Sequence record: MW845758.1
Strand: one strand, 5' to 3'
DNA length: 64,000 bases
Part shown: one piece after another, positions 60,026-64,000 of the stretch
Position numbering within the stretch: the first letter of the stretch is position 1
Layout: the number at the start of each line of letters is the position of its first letter
Made by a program: the position numbers and the translations under genes
Notes under the pieces: model-generated
The model's input: the letters and a program-made list of their open reading frames with translations, nothing else
Databases searched by the model: none
Told to the model about the DNA's origin: nothing

Positions 60026-61897
60026 ATGGCAGAGCAATCTGTTGTTGTCAACAAAGGTAAGGTCCTCGTCAACCAAGACGGGAACGTAGTAGAAATCGAT
60101 ATTGCTTTGTTGATGCAGAAACTGGAGATGGCGGGAGAAGATGCGTTAGGCATGATCGGACGCTGTGAGTCCATCGACAACCTGCGCAAGATTGAACCGA
60201 CCAAACCCGGACAACGCATCGACGTCAAAGGTTACGTAGCGGGCAGCCGTTACGGCGGGGGTCACTTCATCTACGACGAAACCGATAAAACATCCGCAGA
60301 AGACCGCGGCATGGTTATCGTCACGGCGAAAGGTGCGCGTTGGAAACGTGATATCCCACACATCGGTGCATTAATCATTGACCACTTCGGTGGTATCCCC
60401 GACGGTAAGACCGATAACCTGATTGCGTTTACTCGCATGATGAAATGGTCTAAAGCGAATCTGCGCCAACTCGGTGTTCAGTTCGGTGCGGGTACGTACT
60501 TTATTTCTCAGTACGTGGACAACACGGCGGAATCGCCAATGTTCCGTATCTCTGGCTTTAACTCCTCGAACGCGTTCGGTTATTGCTCAACCACCACTAT
60601 CGTTTCAAACGATGATGCTAACGTGTTGTTCGACATCAAAGCACGTTGGTCTGAAGTCAGTGGTATTCTGTTCGATGGTAAAATTACCAACGACGACAAA
60701 ACGGTACGCTGTTCGCAGAAAGCGTTCTTCCGTAACGTTGACCCGGGTGGCCAGTATATCCGTGTTAGCAACTTCAAAGCGAACTACGCAGGCGGTCGCG
60801 TGTTCGACATGCTTGACACACTCGATACCAAGTTCGACCAGTTCTACGCCAGCCAGTGTACCGGTACGTTCCTCTACGGTCGTTGGTCAGGTCAAGAGAA
60901 AGGCGTGTGGAATCACCTCACGGCGATGGAGCTTTCAAACTTCAACATGCAGAACTGTACGCAGAACCTTGTGTTCGATGTACCGCGCTGTACGCAAGCC
61001 TTTATCTACAACGGTTGGATTGAGCACTGTGAGTTCCCGGGGAACCTGTCAGACGGCGGTTGGATTATCGACGGCCTGAGCATGGAAGACTGTAAGAACC
61101 CAATGCAGATTCAGAATGCGCGCTTAGTGCGTAAGCAAACGAACCTGCAATCGGGTAGCGGCTGGGATGCGAACTCAGGCGGTACCGAGTGGACGAATAT
61201 CTCGTCGTACGAATACGGCGTGGTTGATATCCACAACACCGGTATCAAACTGGACTTGGGCTCTATCCAAACCGGTTACTACGGTTCACTCACCAAGATG
61301 GATAACAACACGACCAGTGCGCAGTGGTTCAAAGCAGCGTACGTGTCGTCCACCTCTATCGGTGAAACCATCAACCTGCGCTTCTTCGGTTCGAATGCGT
61401 ACAACAGCAGCAAAGTGGATAACCAGACTATCGCCAGCAGTGGCCAGTCCGGTGGTTACGCTGACCTGTTCTTGAAGGTGTTAAACAGCAGTACCATCGA
61501 TGCACAGTGGGATGGTGTAGGCAGCTGTCCGGTACTGGACATTCGCATTGATAAAGATGCGAAGGGCGGCACTAACGTTTACGTGAAAATCGCTGCGTGG
61601 AGTCGTTTCGTAACCTGCGAATGTTTCACTAACTCGAAGACCCACTTCGAAGCGGGTGTTAGCTTCCGTATCATCCGCGAGGGCAGTAAGATTGCAGAAC
61701 CAACCGATGACACCACCAAACTCGTCTCCACTGGCTTGACTTTCGGTGTGAAGAACGGTCTGGGTTGGAATGCCAACGGTGAGCTTTTACTGAAGTTCGA
61801 ATTGCAAAGCGGTTACCTGCCAGTGAAAATCCAATCCCCATCCACAGGGAAGGTGACTCAAGGGTATATCAAAGTAGAAACCAGTCTGCCTAAGTAG
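60026..61897 (+). CDS. Tailspike-like beta-helix protein (AmsF/WceF-like candidate polysaccharide depolymerase)
   Basis: Tailspike N-domain signature (SIDNLRKIEP..GQRIDVKGY...GGGHFIYD...ARWKR) then FGGIPDGKTDN; Gly/Asn/Ser-rich parallel beta-helix-like body. Confidence 0.7.
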   Translation: MAEQSVVVNKGKVLVNQDGNVVEIDIALLMQKLEMAGEDALGMIGRCESIDNLRKIEPTKPGQRIDVKGYVAGSRYGGGHFIYDETDKTSAEDRGMVIVTAKGARWKRDIPHIGALIIDHFGGIPDGKTDNLIAFTRMMKWSKANLRQLGVQFGAGTYFISQYVDNTAESPMFRISGFNSSNAFGYCSTTTIVSNDDANVLFDIKARWSEVSGILFDGKITNDDKTVRCSQKAFFRNVDPGGQYIRVSNFKANYAGGRVFDMLDTLDTKFDQFYASQCTGTFLYGRWSGQEKGVWNHLTAMELSNFNMQNCTQNLVFDVPRCTQAFIYNGWIEHCEFPGNLSDGGWIIDGLSMEDCKNPMQIQNARLVRKQTNLQSGSGWDANSGGTEWTNISSYEYGVVDIHNTGIKLDLGSIQTGYYGSLTKMDNNTTSAQWFKAAYVSSTSIGETINLRFFGSNAYNSSKVDNQTIASSGQSGGYADLFLKVLNSSTIDAQWDGVGSCPVLDIRIDKDAKGGTNVYVKIAAWSRFVTCECFTNSKTHFEAGVSFRIIREGSKIAEPTDDTTKLVSTGLTFGVKNGLGWNANGELLLKFELQSGYLPVKIQSPSTGKVTQGYIKVETSLPK

Positions 61898-61905
61898 TTC
61901 CCCTC

Positions 61906-61938
61906 GGTGCCCTTCGGGGCACCTCCTTTTTCTTTTTT
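61906..61938 (+). terminator. Intrinsic terminator
   Basis: GGTGCCC-TTCG-GGGCACC followed by a T tract. Confidence 0.8.
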
Positions 61939-61943
61939 GTCCC

Positions 61944-61965
61944 TACGTTACATTTCTGTTATATG
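61944..61965 (+). promoter_or_regulatory. Putative TATG-type promoter
   Basis: TAC-N15-TATG. Confidence 0.45.
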
Positions 61966-62025
61966 CCTAACATGTACAAAACCCTTAGCGATTTATTATG
62001 CTGGCAGGAGGGTTGTGGCTAAGCC

Positions 62026-62859
62026 ATGGCCTTTGGAAACCTTAACCGAGTTAACGCGATGTCTATTACCTCCAAAGAGAATCTGCTAAAACTCATCAAC
62101 GACGAATGCGAGATTCAACCCCCGCTCACGTTTACCGACGTTGATATTTCTCTGCCGGAAGTGGTGTCAGTCGATGGTCGCGATTCAAGTGTGGTGTTAA
62201 CGTCCAAGTTAAAGGATGACGAAGGGTCTGAAGTCGAGGTCTTTTATCATCGCCGTCCTTTACCGGATTATATCAAAGACAACAACACCTTTGGTGACGA
62301 AGATATCCTTTCTGCTCACGATATCCTACTCGCCATCAACGAACGCTTCGGCCTCAACATTCTTCCTGAAGATTTGGAAGATACGCCGCGCTCCGGCAAT
62401 GCAATGACGTTGACAGCAGAACCTCTCTCCCACGAGTGGCGGGGTAATGTTGTCATTGAACTCAAACCGGCTGTTCAACTGAACACCGTTCTCACCGCAA
62501 CACAACTCGACGGCTTACTCTATCCTGACCATCAGGGAGCTTTAGACGTGGGCCAAGCCTACATCTATTCCCGTGACATTGATTTCAGCCATGTGAAGAA
62601 ATTCCTGAACTTACTGGCGGTTGGCGTAGATTTAGACGACACGGCTTTGGCTGAGCAGGTTAATAAGTGCGTACCGGAACTGTGGGTGTCTCAAGATGCT
62701 CCAGCACCGTACAACCTGCGTGATGCGTCTGTGGTGTTTGTGGGTGAACCGAAAGACTTGGTGGGTGCGAATACCGCCTATAGCCAAGTGGTCTCGATTC
62801 GCCTCTCTGACAAGTGCACCAATTTCCAAGGTGTGCTGAATCTCCACTTTAACAACTAA
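62026..62859 (+). CDS. Virion structural protein of the tail-fibre-family repeat type
   Basis: LLKLINDEC, YHRRPL, AINERFGLNILPEDL, LDGL.YP; possible alternative start at 62056. Confidence 0.7.
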   Translation: MAFGNLNRVNAMSITSKENLLKLINDECEIQPPLTFTDVDISLPEVVSVDGRDSSVVLTSKLKDDEGSEVEVFYHRRPLPDYIKDNNTFGDEDILSAHDILLAINERFGLNILPEDLEDTPRSGNAMTLTAEPLSHEWRGNVVIELKPAVQLNTVLTATQLDGLLYPDHQGALDVGQAYIYSRDIDFSHVKKFLNLLAVGVDLDDTALAEQVNKCVPELWVSQDAPAPYNLRDASVVFVGEPKDLVGANTAYSQVVSIRLSDKCTNFQGVLNLHFNN

Positions 62860-62870
62860 GGGGGGTATAG

Positions 62871-63704
62871 ATGTCTATTTACGATAAGCCCTCTGCAGAG
62901 ATGTTGTTAGAGAGCATTAACCGTGAGAACAACACGAGCTTAACGTGGGACCAGATTGCTGCGGGCTACCCGGAGAAAATCACCACCCCGCTCGCGCCGC
63001 GTGATACCCGTGTGTTAATCTACGGATTAAACGGACAGGGTTATAAAGGCAACGTGACTATCGAATACAACCGTATCGATACGGCTGTGTTGTTCCGTAA
63101 CATTGTACCGTTTGTCACCACGAACCCGGTGGCAAAGCTTTCAGACTTGTTACCGTTCCTCAATAAGACGTACGGTCTCAGTTTGACAGCCGATGACATC
63201 GAAGACCAATCGGTTGCAGGACTCGGGGACAGCTTCACCTTAACCGTGAAAGTGAAACCGGGTTGTCTGGCATGGCAAACGGACTTTGCATTACGCTTCG
63301 CCAAGTTCTTACCGAATTTGCGTGATGTGGTAACAGATGTGGATTTGTCAGCGATTGTGGCTCCGTTCACAGTTGGGGATAAACCGCGTGTGGAGTACGT
63401 GGCTTACGGTTACGACTGGACAGAGTTGGTGGACACGTTCACCAAAGACTGGACGACCAACCGTGTGTTAACGTCTGCTGATGTTGACATGTTAAATGCT
63501 GTGGTGCCATTGAAGTTTGTGTTTGCAACGGGGGCGAATGCACAGGCGGGTCAAATCGCTTTGCAGAACGCACGTATGGGTGGGTCGGTGGCGATAACGC
63601 CGGGTGACCGTTACGACCAAGGTTACACTCGGGCTTTCCTGATTAATCTTGGCACGGACAGTAACTACACCGGTACCCTGATTCTTCACTATACGCCGAA
63701 ATAG
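62871..63704 (+). CDS. Virion structural protein of the tail-fibre-family repeat type
   Basis: LLESINREN, YNRID, LNKTYGLSLTADDIED, CLAWQ. Confidence 0.7.
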   Translation: MSIYDKPSAEMLLESINRENNTSLTWDQIAAGYPEKITTPLAPRDTRVLIYGLNGQGYKGNVTIEYNRIDTAVLFRNIVPFVTTNPVAKLSDLLPFLNKTYGLSLTADDIEDQSVAGLGDSFTLTVKVKPGCLAWQTDFALRFAKFLPNLRDVVTDVDLSAIVAPFTVGDKPRVEYVAYGYDWTELVDTFTKDWTTNRVLTSADVDMLNAVVPLKFVFATGANAQAGQIALQNARMGGSVAITPGDRYDQGYTRAFLINLGTDSNYTGTLILHYTPK

Positions 63705-63712
63705 GGACCCGT

Positions 63713-64000
63713 ATGCCACTCTTAGCCACCGCAGAAAACATCATCTTAGCCGAGATCAATACCGAGAACTCTCTCGCGTTGAAAGTGGCCGATATGGTGT
63801 TTGGTATCCCCGCTATCCCGACATCCGATGAGGATATCGCCAAGGCCAATGGCCACAACAGCATGGTGCGTATTCAAGCGTTGGCCACAGCGCCTGCTAT
63901 TGGGTATACCACCGTGTATTACGACCGGGTAGATTTCGCCGAGGTCTTCACCGACTTAGACGGTATTCAACCCCTGCGCGTCCCTGCGCGTTTAGACAGT
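63713..64000 (+). CDS. Virion structural protein of the tail-fibre-family repeat type, 3'-truncated
   Basis: MPLLATAENIILAEINTENSL...YYDRVDF; frame runs off the window. Confidence 0.65.
   Translation, partial: MPLLATAENIILAEINTENSLALKVADMVFGIPAIPTSDEDIAKANGHNSMVRIQALATAPAIGYTTVYYDRVDFAEVFTDLDGIQPLRVPARLDS

Noticed and set aside
3321-61938. Recurrent TTCG hairpins as a mobile repeat family
   Set aside because: Stem sequences differ and share only the UUCG loop and T tract, so they are ordinary intrinsic terminators.
1-64000. Alternative genetic code or stop-codon readthrough
   Set aside because: Standard-code ORFs tile the window densely and use all three stops, and no core gene looks fragmented.

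Overview
This window is a 64-kb segment of a phiKZ-like (nucleus-forming, Chimalliviridae-type) jumbo phage. Gene order and about 50% GC suggest an SPN3US/Erwinia-jumbo-type phage of enterobacteria; this placement is an inference and no database search was run. Conserved core genes: DnaB-like helicase, major capsid protein, a non-virion RNAP beta-like subunit, portal, virion/baseplate proteins, a RuvC-like resolvase, paired processed head proteins, a tailspike-like protein and repeated tail-fibre-type modules. Accessory blocks between them encode Dam, a dNMP kinase, an HslU-like ATPase, SLOG, DUF488, a QueC-like PP-loop protein, about six GNAT-fold proteins, a stand-alone LigA domain Ia and several tandem paralog pairs. 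Transcription signals are easy to read: about 20 mostly UUCG-capped intrinsic terminators, a 22-bp putative early promoter (7 copies) and TATG-type late promoters, often with an AC 15 nt upstream. The most striking unexplained feature is 7355-7910, downstream of the helicase. It holds three tandem minus-strand units, each starting at a TATG, pairing from its predicted +1 G and ending at its own terminator-like signal. This looks like an array of late small RNAs, one of them antisense to an unannotated 49-aa ORF. No CRISPR array, tRNA, rRNA, integrase, transposase or intein was recognised. All family assignments come from motif recognition by eye.
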